From a virus, in IMG/VR virus record IMGVR_UViG_3300034095_002552, positions 1-64,000 of that record: DNA of 64,000 nucleotides; one strand, written 5' to 3'. The translations under genes and the position numbers were made by a program. Below, piece after piece: positions 1 to 10,908 of the stretch. Numbering within the stretch: the first letter of the stretch is position 1; every line of letters starts with the position of its first letter. The notes beneath the pieces were generated by a model. It was not told where the DNA came from and ran no database searches. It saw only the letters and a list, made by a program, of their open reading frames with translations.

Positions 1-4
1 TGTT

Positions 5-790
5 GTGAAAATAATTTATCGCATAAGTGACAATGGATACATTAAACCTAAATTACCAAATGCAACAAAAAAGATTTGTATTGAAAATTTTATAAGCATA
101 TTTGAAAAAATTGATATTGTCATAGCAGATAATTGCTCGCCATCTACTTTAGAATTTTTAAATGCCAAAAAATTAAATGTAATTGAAACATCTTTAGGAA
201 ATGCCGAATCTTTCCTGTATGCCCTTAATCTTGCCATAGGTGAACCAGAAGATGAAATCATATATTTTGTCGAAGATGATTATCTGCATCGGCCTTTATG
301 CCGTAGCTTATTAGAAGATGCCCTATCAATAGCCGATTACGCAACATTGTATGATCATCCCGATAAATATAGCAAATATTACAACTTTGGAGAAATGTGC
401 CATGTAAGAAGAATAAAAAATCAACACTGGAGGTCTTCAATAAGCACAACTATGACATTCGCATCAAAAGTAAAAACCTTAAAAGAAGATGTACAAATAT
501 TCAAAAATATCTGCGGAAATAGATTTCACCCCAATGATCATCAAATTTTTATAGACTTAAAAGAAAAAAACAATAGAAATCTATTTGTTTCAATACCAGG
601 ATTTGCATTTCATGCAGACATTAGCTCGAATGTTTGTGATATAGAAAACTTAGAGAATGAAATTGACGATTGGGTTGTAAAATGGGTAGAAAAATACATT
701 CCAATTGAATATAATGAAATTTACAAATTACAAAAAATAAGTAACTTGAAAAAAATACTTATGATAAATCACTTTCTAAACATAAATTGA
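5..790 (+). CDS. GT-A fold glycosyltransferase-like protein
   Basis: IVIADN strand, IIYFVEDDYLH (DxD-like) and TLYDHPDKY motifs typical of phage glycosyltransferases; GTG start at the window edge. Confidence 0.65.
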   Translation: MKIIYRISDNGYIKPKLPNATKKICIENFISIFEKIDIVIADNCSPSTLEFLNAKKLNVIETSLGNAESFLYALNLAIGEPEDEIIYFVEDDYLHRPLCRSLLEDALSIADYATLYDHPDKYSKYYNFGEMCHVRRIKNQHWRSSISTTMTFASKVKTLKEDVQIFKNICGNRFHPNDHQIFIDLKEKNNRNLFVSIPGFAFHADISSNVCDIENLENEIDDWVVKWVEKYIPIEYNEIYKLQKISNLKKILMINHFLNIN

Positions 791-1561
791 TTTTTTTTCT
801 AAATATTGAAATTTTACAATATTGTTTTTCAAAAAAAATGATGCATTTTCACGAACAAAAATGCAATCTGGTAATATTGGGCTAGTTTCTTGAATAGACT
901 TATGCTTCAACCCTTCATTTATCGAATACGCTAGACTTTGATTTCCAACAAATAAATCAGAGCCATTTATTACACAAGCTAAATCCCAAGCATTTTTTAC
1001 CTTATAATATTCAACAAATCCAAATGTTCTAATGAATGAATCATATTCTTCTTCAAGGCCAACAAAAACAGATTCTTTTTTATATTTTTTAACTATCGAA
1101 TGCCAAGGAAAATCATAATTTTTATATCGATTAGATCTAGAAAAAACGACATCTGCAATTTTTTTCTTATCGGCATCAATCCATGGCTCTTCATATTGAT
1201 GCAATGGAACATCAAATATGGTTATGTATTTTTCGTAAATGAATTTAGAATCTTTATCAAGACGAAAACAATCTAGATTTATTGTTGATTTAAATTTTTT
1301 AAAAAATCTAACAACTTCTTTAACATATTTTTGCTTTTCAAGAAGTGGCTTTATAAAATCGAATTTATTTTTGCATATACCAGATGAGGTTCCATCTGAC
1401 TTTTTTAAGTTAATCTGTATCCCTTTGGGTTCAATCCAACTTTTTAAATTTTTTATATCATCTATAACTAATATTCCCTTACCATAAGTTTTTAATACTG
1501 GTAAGGAGTAAATTATATCTCCCAAATCTCCCGAATGCTTATATGTTTTGTCAAACAACAT
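776..1561 (-). CDS. GT9/heptosyltransferase-like glycosyltransferase
   Basis: N-terminal HSGDLGDII and C-terminal DLACVINGSDLFVGNQS motifs of GT-B/GT9-like proteins. Confidence 0.65.
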   Translation of the reverse strand: MLFDKTYKHSGDLGDIIYSLPVLKTYGKGILVIDDIKNLKSWIEPKGIQINLKKSDGTSSGICKNKFDFIKPLLEKQKYVKEVVRFFKKFKSTINLDCFRLDKDSKFIYEKYITIFDVPLHQYEEPWIDADKKKIADVVFSRSNRYKNYDFPWHSIVKKYKKESVFVGLEEEYDSFIRTFGFVEYYKVKNAWDLACVINGSDLFVGNQSLAYSINEGLKHKSIQETSPILPDCIFVRENASFFLKNNIVKFQYLEKKSIYV

Positions 1562-1567
1562 GAAAAA

Positions 1568-1605
1568 TATCCTGCCACCATTATACTAATAATAGTGGCA
1601 GGATA
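1568..1605 (-). terminator. hairpin, probable intrinsic terminator
   Basis: tatcctgccac...gtggcaggata inverted repeat followed by a T-run on the minus strand. Confidence 0.5.
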
Positions 1606-1623
1606 ATAAAAAATTACTTTACT

Positions 1624-1944
1624 CTACTTACTGCACTTCTTTTTTGTTGCAGTTGTTGCCTTTTGGCTAATACGATCACTACTTTCCTTGCTTTTAGAAA
1701 CAATTGTTGCCACTAGAGAAATAGGCTCGCCTTTTTCTTTCATAGTTATATCGCTATAACCAAGCTTTTTAGCTAAGTTTTTAGCAACATAGCTCAAAGA
1801 TGATCTGGTCGTAAATTGATGATTTCCATCAACCTTACAAAGCCTACCAGTAAGATTTGGGATATCTACTGATGCTTCGAACCATTGCTTTACATTATTC
1901 TTACGAGTAAGAACATTTACCAAAAGATTACTTTTTCGATTCAT
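1624..1944 (-). CDS. hypothetical protein
   Basis: 106 aa ORF with AAGGTG SD and upstream sigma70-like promoter. Confidence 0.7.
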   Translation of the reverse strand: MNRKSNLLVNVLTRKNNVKQWFEASVDIPNLTGRLCKVDGNHQFTTRSSLSYVAKNLAKKLGYSDITMKEKGEPISLVATIVSKSKESSDRISQKATTATKKKCSK

Positions 1945-1977
1945 GATGCACCTTATGAAATAGGTTTAAGATAATTC

Positions 1978-2007
1978 ATTATAAGCTTTTATCCTTTTAA
2001 AATTCAA
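1978..2007 (-). promoter_or_regulatory. sigma70-like promoter
   Basis: TTGAAT-N18-TATAAT on the minus strand upstream of 1944. Confidence 0.45.
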
Positions 2008-2016
2008 TGTTTATTT

Positions 2017-2661
2017 TTAAATTTCATGGGAAAGTTTATTTAAATTGAATTTTTTCATTTTTGAATTTATAACTTTATTGCTTCCAAATGTTGGTAAACT
2101 TACCGCAGATTTTTGTTCAGCAATTGATACATCTAGATCTTTTTTTATGGTATTATATAAAAACGATGATTCAATATTTAGTTGCCATAAATTAAAACAA
2201 ATTAACATTTCGATTATTGTTTTTTTAATCTCATTCAAAGAAACTTTATTATAATCATTTCCAATTTTATTTATATCAACGAACCAATAAAAGTTTTCTT
2301 CATCATAATTTAAACATGGATTGCGTAAGCCAATTTCTTTGTGTAAACAAATCATTTCGTTCAATTGTGATAGCCATATAGATTTATAGTTATTTTTTAT
2401 ATAAAAGTTTTCATACCAATGATAAATCACAGACTTAAATGAAAAAATAAATATTGGATTATCATTTAAATGATAATTACTTCTATAGCAAAACTTACAA
2501 TAAAAAAAATTATCATAAAAATTTTGAGGATATTTCTTAACATTATCATCACTCAAAACAACTTCTTTGTCACAAAACAAACAAGATTTTAAGAAAGTAT
2601 CTGATATTTCTCCTGGCATTTTTTGCTTAACAGGAAAAAATTCTACATTATATTCATACAT
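2017..2661 (-). CDS. hypothetical protein with CxxC...CxxC zinc ribbon
   Basis: CLFC and CKFC pairs; 214 aa ORF. Confidence 0.6.
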   Translation of the reverse strand: MYEYNVEFFPVKQKMPGEISDTFLKSCLFCDKEVVLSDDNVKKYPQNFYDNFFYCKFCYRSNYHLNDNPIFIFSFKSVIYHWYENFYIKNNYKSIWLSQLNEMICLHKEIGLRNPCLNYDEENFYWFVDINKIGNDYNKVSLNEIKKTIIEMLICFNLWQLNIESSFLYNTIKKDLDVSIAEQKSAVSLPTFGSNKVINSKMKKFNLNKLSHEI

Positions 2662-2857
2662 AATATGACCCTTTATATTCCATAAGAAGTAATCATTTGG
2701 TAAGTGTTATAATAGAATAATTACTTTTAATGTCAATAAGTATAAAAAGGTCGGTAACTTAATTTATTTTATAATTTTTAAGGTTATGACTCTAAATAGA
2801 TTATATGACTTTAAACTTACTTAAGTCAGTTTTCAACGAAATCAGAGAGGTTAAAAC

Positions 2858-3109
2858 ATGAAGTCTTTTATAGAATTTTGTCAAAGCAGTAAAAAAGAAT
2901 TGCCAGTATATGATGTTTCAGAAAAAACAACTAGGGGTGGCATTATGAGTTGGGCTTACCCAGACGCATATATAAGAAGTCATTACCCAGCATCTTATTT
3001 TATGCCAATATCTGCTGATGCTGCTCAGAAAATGGGTAAAAAAATTGATGATGACAAGGTCGATCATGGCCAATTTAAATATAAGGCACATGATCATCTT
3101 GAGGCTTAA
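2858..3109 (+). CDS. hypothetical protein, possible internal head protein
   Basis: GAGGT SD; N-terminus MKSFIEF resembles the T4 capsid-targeting peptide. Confidence 0.6.
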   Translation: MKSFIEFCQSSKKELPVYDVSEKTTRGGIMSWAYPDAYIRSHYPASYFMPISADAAQKMGKKIDDDKVDHGQFKYKAHDHLEA

Positions 3110-3124
3110 TTGATTTGGATATTT

Positions 3125-3157
3125 AAAAAGCACATGTTTAAATCATGTGCTTTTTTT
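3125..3157. terminator. bidirectional intrinsic terminator
   Basis: aaaaa-gcacatg-loop-catgtgc-ttttttt between convergent genes. Confidence 0.75.
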
Positions 3158-3494
3158 ATTTAGACTTTGCATTTTCCATTCTATTTTTATGATCTTCTGA
3201 GGTCACAGACTTTCCATCTTCTGGGATCATATCTTTGTGATTTTCCCAATATCCCCACATATCATCATTTGATGGACTCTGAAATATCATACCCCTTTTG
3301 TAGTATTTTTGAATTATTTCTTCAACCCTTTGCTTGGAAAGTCCTGATTCTTTAGAAATTTGAGATACACTTCTCCATGTCCATTTTGGATGTCGAGACA
3401 AAGCAATAAAAAATCCCTGTTCTTCGTCACCCTCTTTACATCCTTGTGGGTAAATATCAGTCCAACTTTTTAACTTTCTTTTAGACATGTTCAA
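3156..3494 (-). CDS. winged-helix DNA-binding protein (putative)
   Basis: WRSVSQISKESGLSKQRVEEIIQKYYKRGMI HTH-wing pattern. Confidence 0.55.
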   Translation of the reverse strand: MNMSKRKLKSWTDIYPQGCKEGDEEQGFFIALSRHPKWTWRSVSQISKESGLSKQRVEEIIQKYYKRGMIFQSPSNDDMWGYWENHKDMIPEDGKSVTSEDHKNRMENAKSK

Positions 3495-3596
3495 CCTTTA
3501 TTTTGTTTAGTCAATAATATTATAGTTATGAAATTATAAAGCTTATTGATATTTTTTACTATATTAGTTTAAGTATCACTTTAAAATAGGAAATTT

Positions 3597-4031
3597 ATGA
3601 GAAGAAAAAAAATCACAAAAGAAGAAAGAATGCAAAAAATCACAAATAATTTAACTGGTACTGGACTTTATATCTATGAGAATAATACCAGTGGTTTTTT
3701 GAATCTACCTAAAAAATCTTCAGATGGAATTAAAGTTGTTCCACCCAAAGGTCGATTTAAAGGAGATAGCTATTTTATGCTATTGGTCAAACCACCACAA
3801 AATCTTTTAAGATTTATTCAAGAAATAAAAACAGAGGAGATAGAACCGATGAATGAGAAAAAACTTATTTTAGATCAACCAGATATGGTTACCGCAAGAG
3901 GCACAGTAGAGCATGTTGTTGATGATATGTCTCCATTAAAAAACTTGCGTGACTCGGTTGAAAACAAACAACAAAAAGATATTTTGTTGAATGAAAACCC
4001 TATGGATGGCATAGAAATCATAATTGCATAG
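3597..4031 (+). CDS. hypothetical protein
   Basis: 144 aa ORF with AGGA SD. Confidence 0.7.
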   Translation: MRRKKITKEERMQKITNNLTGTGLYIYENNTSGFLNLPKKSSDGIKVVPPKGRFKGDSYFMLLVKPPQNLLRFIQEIKTEEIEPMNEKKLILDQPDMVTARGTVEHVVDDMSPLKNLRDSVENKQQKDILLNENPMDGIEIIIA

Positions 4032-4158
4032 CAAAATAGTGTACATAAGTTCATATGTTGGTATGCATTTTGATAAAATTTCATTAAAAATACAAAAATT
4101 TATTTTGTAGGGTACATGTAAATAATGTGCCACTTTGAAATCCAAGAAATGAGGTCAC

Positions 4159-4665
4159 ATGCCAACAAGTGTTCGATGGATTGCACAGAAAAATAAATTC
4201 TCTTGTGGCCCCATTGCTATTTTGAATATTTTAAAATGGGTCGGCTTTCCAGTAAGTTATAATAAAGATTATAATTTTTGGAAAAAAAAATGTAAGTGCA
4301 ATTTTTTGGGAACACATCAATCTAATTTTCAATATTGTTTAAATAATTTAAAAAATATTACGAACACTCCAAAGCATCTTCCAACAATATCTTCAATAGA
4401 AGATGCTTTGAATGCAAATCAAATTGTAGTTATGAAATCAACATTCATGGTTGATTCAAAAAGTGATCTTGGTCATTTTTTTATAATATCTGAAATGACG
4501 AATGATAAATTCTTTTGTATAAATGATTTCAAATCATCGCATAAATGGTATGACAAAAAAGTTTTTGCCCAATATTATTTGCAATACCATAGATCATATT
4601 GTGATACTTGTTGTACATCAAGCTTATGTGGAGTATCGCCATATGCATGGTTTGTAAAAAAATAA
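4159..4665 (+). CDS. C39-like cysteine peptidase
   Basis: Q...SCGPIAILNIL nucleophile motif, GHFFII histidine and downstream D. Confidence 0.65.
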   Translation: MPTSVRWIAQKNKFSCGPIAILNILKWVGFPVSYNKDYNFWKKKCKCNFLGTHQSNFQYCLNNLKNITNTPKHLPTISSIEDALNANQIVVMKSTFMVDSKSDLGHFFIISEMTNDKFFCINDFKSSHKWYDKKVFAQYYLQYHRSYCDTCCTSSLCGVSPYAWFVKK

Positions 4666-4752
4666 TTTGATTATATTATTCAAAAATAAAAACCCAAGAG
4701 CCACAATTAGAACATATTTCTAAATTAGAAAAACACATGCAATTGTCACAAA

Positions 4753-5340
4753 TCATTTTGGGCCTCTTTTTAATGAAACTGATTTAAGCTTCTCTTGATG
4801 ATTGTTTGGCTGCGTCTTTAAATGATGCATCATATTGTGAAGCTCTTTTGTAATTTCCGAAGCACTGTCTGCACACTTCTTTGTTGATTGAATCGAGATT
4901 GTCTTTCTGTCTTTGTTGTAAAAACCCTTAGAAACTAAGAAGCATTTTTCTTTATCGCTCCATGTAACTAATCCAGTCCACTCTCCATCATCCCAATTTC
5001 TTGAAGAAACAAGAAGTCTTAATGGCTTCTCGTCAAAAACATGTTTTGTATGAAATCCATGTTTTTTAAGACCAGCACTAACATACCCCAAAACCAGCTT
5101 TGCAAATCCATCCAAAGCATCATCCATGGTTGTACGATAATTTACACTAATGCTATATCTTGAAGTTTCAGCAGATTCTGTCAATTGACTATCAACATGT
5201 TCGTGAACTGATTTTAGATTACCTTTTAAATTTACCTTAAAATATTCAAGTGCAATTTTTAAAAAGTCCTCTCTATTGATAGACTTTAAATTTAAATTTT
5301 CTAAATCTTTTTCTTTCTTCCAGTCATTAATTGATTTCAT
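4753..5340 (-). CDS. hypothetical protein, possible internal head protein
   Basis: probable start 5340 (AGGTGG SD), N-terminus MKSINDWKKE. Confidence 0.6.
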   Translation of the reverse strand: MKSINDWKKEKDLENLNLKSINREDFLKIALEYFKVNLKGNLKSVHEHVDSQLTESAETSRYSISVNYRTTMDDALDGFAKLVLGYVSAGLKKHGFHTKHVFDEKPLRLLVSSRNWDDGEWTGLVTWSDKEKCFLVSKGFYNKDRKTISIQSTKKCADSASEITKELHNMMHHLKTQPNNHQEKLKSVSLKRGPK

Positions 5341-6985
5341 ATGTCCACCTTTTTTTGCCACAATCCCATATTCTTGCTAATCCTAATTCAAGACACCATT
5401 CTCTTTCTGTTGTATTTATAGGACAACCATTTTTATTTTTAGCTTGAGATTGTTTACTTATTCTTTTATTTGGTTTTTTATAATTAACATAGCTATAATC
5501 TGGTTTGAGTTCGCAATCCAAATTAAAACCTAATTGTTTATATACATTACCTAAACTCCAACGATTATCACTCCATGTAATTACTTTTTTGTAATTGTTA
5601 TTTTTAGCCCATTCTAAACACTTTTTAAAAAGCTTACTACTTCCTCCAACAATATTGAAATTTCTTTTAAAGCATAAACGATCTAAAGTCAGCAAGCTTT
5701 TATTTCTGTGATGCCTACCAAAAGACATAGAACCAACAAGATCATCTTCGTAAAATAAACCATAAAAAACAAGACCTAGATTGTTGCTTTCCTGCAAATG
5801 ATTAGAATCACAAAATTGTTTAAAATCTTTTTTAGACAATTCTTTTACATTACATTTTCTAGCATAAATCTTTATCTGTTCTTTTTTTAGAATAGACATC
5901 AAAATACCCTTGCATTTAATCTCTTGATGTTGCCACTCATCTTCAAATATCGTAATTAAACGGATACCTTTCTCTTGGCACTTTTTGTATTTTTCGTAAT
6001 GATATAATGATAATCTTGGAGATAAAGATAATTCGTTGTGCCAGAACAAACCGCAATATTCTATAGCGACATTAATATTTTTATCATACATATCTAATTC
6101 TTTTCCATCCATTACAGAATAATCTGGTTCAAAATTAAATCCTAATGAATTAATCCATGTCTTTATCTCTTCTTGTGTTTTTCCATAAATTTGATTTTTC
6201 TTTAGAAAAAGTGGATTTGGAACCCCATATTTATCCAAACATGTTTTTAAAAATCTTTTTTTAAATTCTTCTGTTTTAGAATAATTCGTATGACCATATC
6301 TAAGAATACAAGTTTCTTTGGCTTTCGTTCTATTTGATGGTAACTTAGATGTATGGTCAACGCCATAAAGTTCTAAAAAAAGTAGCCTTCGATTTATCAG
6401 ATATTCTTCTGTTTGAGTATAACTTTCTTTACCAAATTTATTTAATGATGTTTTTTTTCTTTTGTCTAATACATCTTTATTCAACATGGAACTTTCTTTT
6501 CCATATTTTTTTAAATTAGATTTTATAACTTTGCTATAAAAATCGCTATGCTTCGCATAATTATCAACACCATATCTTTCAATGCAGGTAGCCTTGTATC
6601 TTTCAAGTATTTCTTGATTTAAAAATAAAGATGTAACTCCATATTTTTTCAAAAGTGATTCGTTTCTCTTGTTTTTAAATTCTTCACTAGAAAAGTAATT
6701 CTCACATCCATGTTTTTCTAAATTTTTCCGCTTTCGAACAGCTATCACTTCCTTCATTTTCTCTTGATGGATTTTGCTTTTTTTTAAAAATTCATTTATT
6801 TCTATTTTTTTATTTTTTTTGCATGACTTTTGGTCACAACTATCTTTATCAATATTTTTATTGGATAGAATTCTACTTCGTTTGTTCCTTGGTAATTCCT
6901 TACCGCAATAATCACATTTAATCCAAATCATAGACTTTGTAGAATAATCCTCATAGGGCTTATCCAATTTTTCTTTTATGATCAT
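5327..6985 (-). mobile_element. free-standing Hef-like homing endonuclease gene with KYG repeats
   Basis: N-terminal CDYC, multiple (K/R)YGV repeats, ELDMY...AIEYCGLFWH nuclease motif, C-terminal RIWDCGKKRW; probable start MIIKEK at 6985. Confidence 0.7.
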
Positions 6986-6993
6986 TGATTTAA

Positions 6994-7863
6994 TTACCCC
7001 ATGCTTGGGCCAAGAACATCTCCAAAACGAGACAACAATTTTTCTTCCCATTCCTTCTTTTCTTCCAAGCCTTCTTGAAGAATTTGCTGTCCATCAAGTT
7101 GCACACCACCATTAGGGCCAGGAGGATTAGAAATTTTACTTCTAATTCTTCCTAAAATTATTTTTGAAAAAGCCAAAGCCCCTTCTTGCATTGCTTGAGT
7201 CACTTGTTTAAAGTCTGGCTTTTTTTGCAAATACCTAACTAAAACAGGATAAGACCTAAATGGAGTAGGGTAAACTTTTATATGGTTATAACCGCCTAAC
7301 CATTCCCATCCACCCTGCTGTCCAGATATACGATTATAAGTGTCTTCGTATTGCTTGTACAAGACCCACTCATTCATCTTTCCCCATACTGGAGTCTGTG
7401 GATTGATGCCACCAGCGATACTACCATATGCACCTGCACCCATATATTCCAATGGTATAACACCACCAAGGTCAGATGCAGAAAACGCATATTGTGCCGT
7501 TTCTCTGTAAGATACGGTTCTTATATATCCAACATCGTTAGGCATTTCGTAAACCGATTGCCCAGGGGTACTATTAAATGTATAGTACTGAAAGTACTCC
7601 ATAGGAGCATAATCTTCAATTATTTGCAATGCAAAGTCTATTGAATTGCTAATTTGCTGTTCGTCTAACTCTATTGTGATTACTGGTGCGCCTAGCATAG
7701 TAAGAACATATTCACGAATCTGTTCTCTGACTTTTGCACGATTTTTTCTTTGTCCAATTTTGACGAGTGGATCAGTTGGACCTAAGTCGCTACAACTAGT
7801 ACAAGCCAAGCAATTGTATTGTTCTTGTGTTGGGCGAGGAATATATAACATATTGTTGTTCAT
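6994..7863 (-). CDS. neck protein, T4 gp13-like
   Basis: LGAPVITIELDEQQI...ALQ and ILGRIRSK...GPNGGVQLDGQQILQEG motifs; probable start 7863. Confidence 0.8.
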   Translation of the reverse strand: MNNNMLYIPRPTQEQYNCLACTSCSDLGPTDPLVKIGQRKNRAKVREQIREYVLTMLGAPVITIELDEQQISNSIDFALQIIEDYAPMEYFQYYTFNSTPGQSVYEMPNDVGYIRTVSYRETAQYAFSASDLGGVIPLEYMGAGAYGSIAGGINPQTPVWGKMNEWVLYKQYEDTYNRISGQQGGWEWLGGYNHIKVYPTPFRSYPVLVRYLQKKPDFKQVTQAMQEGALAFSKIILGRIRSKISNPPGPNGGVQLDGQQILQEGLEEKKEWEEKLLSRFGDVLGPSMG

Positions 7864-7910
7864 AATACATATATAGTTGAAAATAAAAATATCTGATCTT
7901 TGGAGATGAA

Positions 7911-10628
7911 ATGAATTTTTTAAACTTCTTTGAAAATAAATTATTGTTGGAAATGGCCAAAAAAGGCGACAGGCCAAGGGGTGCTATAAAATTAGATAAT
8001 GATGATATAGAATTTTTATATCAATTTCCTCCACAATATTGGTCTCAAGCCATATACCAAAGATACAATCATGATCTTTATGATGCTCTGAAAAATAGAG
8101 AAGGAAAACGAAGAAAAAAAGAAGAATCTATGATTTCCATGTTGAAATCGGCATTAAAAACAGGAAATTTCAAAGAATTAAACTCTTCTGATTTATTTTC
8201 TAGAGATCAGATTATTGTCATAAAAAAGGGTTATGGGAAAGATACTGAATGGAGCGAAAAGTGGAAAGATGATCCAGAGGCGATTGAAAATGCAGCACAA
8301 AACATTGCATATTATGCAGCAGAAAAACTTGAACCAAATGCAACTTATGTAGAATATAAAACTTATGAATTAAAAAAAGGAAAAAAAACAGACAGAGTAA
8401 TAGCAAAACCATTTGCAAATAGATTAATTCACAAGTTAGAAAAGACTGTTGGCGAAGAACATAGTCTAGATTCTGGTTTAATTGACACTCACAAATTTGG
8501 CCTTTATGGTTTTGATTTAGCAAATCCAATTAAAGTAAAAGGAAAAGATACTCATAAGACAGATGGTCTTGTTTTTCCAACTAAAGATAGTGCGCAAGAA
8601 GCTGTTGATAAATTACTTGGGATGAACTTTCATAGATATTTTGGAGAATTGCCAGATAGTAATTCTACACAAGAGATTCCCGATTCTTCATCACCAACAA
8701 GAAAATCAAATGTTGCAATTCATTCTTGGGGAAAAATAACACACAATAGAAATAATTATTTTGAAGATAGTGTTTTAAAAGACGAATATGTAAGAGGCAG
8801 AGAGAAATATTATGATGAAGTGATGCCTTGGTTCTTGTTTGATAATTCCGAACTTGAATCAATTTATGGAAAACTTAAAAAGTCTGGTTATCCTATGGGT
8901 GCAGAAAGTGCAACGAAAATAGCTTCATCACCAGAATTCACAGAAAAAGAAAAATCATGGTTTGCCAATGAAAGACAAGCGTTAAATCACTTGATGTTGT
9001 ACAAAAATCTAGCGGAAGGAATACAAAGGCCAGATAGTACTAATTTCAAAAAAGTAGTTGGTCAAAATGTAATCATATGGGAAGACAATATAAGTAAAAA
9101 GAAATTCCCACATTCAGTTAAAAATCAAAGCGAAAGACAATCACTCATAAGACAATTTTGCAATGCAGATTTTGAATATTATAGAAAATCAAATCCAGAT
9201 GTTAAAGGACCGCCAATTTCAAATATTGCACCAGAAGGATTGTCAATTTCAGATAATCAGCATGTGCATTTGCCTTTATTTAAAAAGAAAATAAATTTAA
9301 ATGGAAAAGAAGTAGAAATTGACATGCCATTTATAAGAGGATCAAAATATTTTAGATATGCTAATCAAAAAGATCCAGAAGGAAATAGACAAGGTCACAA
9401 AAAAAATATAGTTCATTTAGCTCATCATGCTTATAAAAAAGAATATAGTGGGCATATGAGTGGTGCCTCAATGCATCCGAACCAAATGACCGCAGAAGCA
9501 AAGCCTATAAAAAAAGGCGTTATTGGTTATGATGAAAAATATAAAAAAATATTTGGAGAAATGGAAAAAGACAATGATGGACTTTATGTTGATATTGTAA
9601 AAGGAATAAAAGATGCATTAGGATTACAATATAGCAAAACTGTTGGAACAAAATATGTAAGAACAATTTTGCTAAACAATATCCCAGAAATTCATGATAT
9701 AATCACAAAAAAGTTAGAATCTATTTTAGATAAAAATGAAATGCTTTCAAAAAACAAAAGAAGAGATTTGGCATTCAATACAACCAAAAGCATTCTGCAA
9801 CAAGATTCATGGGATAGTGGTTCGATTCGTAAAAGAATTTTTAAAATTCGCAAGAAAAGAAAAATTCCAACAACTTTAATATCTCCAAAACAAACTGCTC
9901 TATCTCAAAAAATAACAGTTGAAAATTTAGCAGAATTAGGAAGAAAACGATTTTCTGCTGGCCATGCTTTTCCTTTTAATATAGAAAAAATTCAAAATGT
10001 TATAAATGAAATTAAAGATAAGGCACAACAAGCAGAAGCAAAACATCCTTTTTATCATGTTAAATATGGTTTAGAAAGCAAACAAATTGTGAATTTTTTA
10101 ATTACAAAATTCAGAACTAAAAAAATGCTTATAGATGCAATGACTGGATTGTTAAAATTGATAATTTACAATACTGGAGTTTTTGGACAAGAATTAGAAG
10201 ATAAAACAAATGGTTTGTTAATGCCAATTGTTGGAAATAAAAAGAAAACCATGCCAAGTATTGTTTCTGATTTTCAAAGTTTGCAAATCGTTCAAACTGC
10301 TTTGGGAGGAGTCAGACAATCTGTTGATGCAAATATGCCACTACAAGCAACAAAAACTTTTTCTCCAGTTGAATTTAAAATAAGTAGAAGCAAAATAATA
10401 AATAGAGGAAAATTTACTAAAAATCCACAAGATCTTTTAGATAAGAAGGATTATTTGGCATTGTCACACAATAATCTTTTCATGCACACAAGAAATAGAG
10501 AAACTATTTTGAATTTGAAAAGATGGGTTGAATCACAAAGAGAACAAAGTTTAATAAAACAAAAAGATTATAATGATTCTATAAAATCTATAGATCATAT
10601 TTTAAAAATAAGATTTAACGAGGAATAA
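7911..10628 (+). CDS. large hypothetical protein, possible internal head/ejected protein
   Basis: 905 aa ORF; N-terminus MNFLNFFENKLLLE-MA resembles a cleavable capsid-targeting peptide. Confidence 0.6.
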   Translation: MNFLNFFENKLLLEMAKKGDRPRGAIKLDNDDIEFLYQFPPQYWSQAIYQRYNHDLYDALKNREGKRRKKEESMISMLKSALKTGNFKELNSSDLFSRDQIIVIKKGYGKDTEWSEKWKDDPEAIENAAQNIAYYAAEKLEPNATYVEYKTYELKKGKKTDRVIAKPFANRLIHKLEKTVGEEHSLDSGLIDTHKFGLYGFDLANPIKVKGKDTHKTDGLVFPTKDSAQEAVDKLLGMNFHRYFGELPDSNSTQEIPDSSSPTRKSNVAIHSWGKITHNRNNYFEDSVLKDEYVRGREKYYDEVMPWFLFDNSELESIYGKLKKSGYPMGAESATKIASSPEFTEKEKSWFANERQALNHLMLYKNLAEGIQRPDSTNFKKVVGQNVIIWEDNISKKKFPHSVKNQSERQSLIRQFCNADFEYYRKSNPDVKGPPISNIAPEGLSISDNQHVHLPLFKKKINLNGKEVEIDMPFIRGSKYFRYANQKDPEGNRQGHKKNIVHLAHHAYKKEYSGHMSGASMHPNQMTAEAKPIKKGVIGYDEKYKKIFGEMEKDNDGLYVDIVKGIKDALGLQYSKTVGTKYVRTILLNNIPEIHDIITKKLESILDKNEMLSKNKRRDLAFNTTKSILQQDSWDSGSIRKRIFKIRKKRKIPTTLISPKQTALSQKITVENLAELGRKRFSAGHAFPFNIEKIQNVINEIKDKAQQAEAKHPFYHVKYGLESKQIVNFLITKFRTKKMLIDAMTGLLKLIIYNTGVFGQELEDKTNGLLMPIVGNKKKTMPSIVSDFQSLQIVQTALGGVRQSVDANMPLQATKTFSPVEFKISRSKIINRGKFTKNPQDLLDKKDYLALSHNNLFMHTRNRETILNLKRWVESQREQSLIKQKDYNDSIKSIDHILKIRFNEE

Positions 10629-10629
10629 A

Positions 10630-10908
10630 ATGGCTGAAAATTCTAACTGGCTTAACTTTTTATCTAATCCAAGATCCCATTACATAAAGAAAAGTATGTT
10701 TGAGATTTTAAAGGAAAGATATGGAAAACACGAACAAATATTGGAGAGATTAAGCAGCCATTTGATTGTTGAAAAAGATTTAAAAGACTTTTTGGCAATG
10801 ATAATAGATGTATATGAAATTGGATTTTTCAAAGCAGTGGAAGATCAAAAAGAACAATTAAAAAAGCTTGGATTGGGAGTAAAAATAACATCAAGAACAG
10901 AAAACTAA
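10630..10908 (+). CDS. hypothetical protein
   Basis: 92 aa ORF, GAGGA SD, starts 1 nt after the upstream stop. Confidence 0.7.
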   Translation: MAENSNWLNFLSNPRSHYIKKSMFEILKERYGKHEQILERLSSHLIVEKDLKDFLAMIIDVYEIGFFKAVEDQKEQLKKLGLGVKITSRTEN

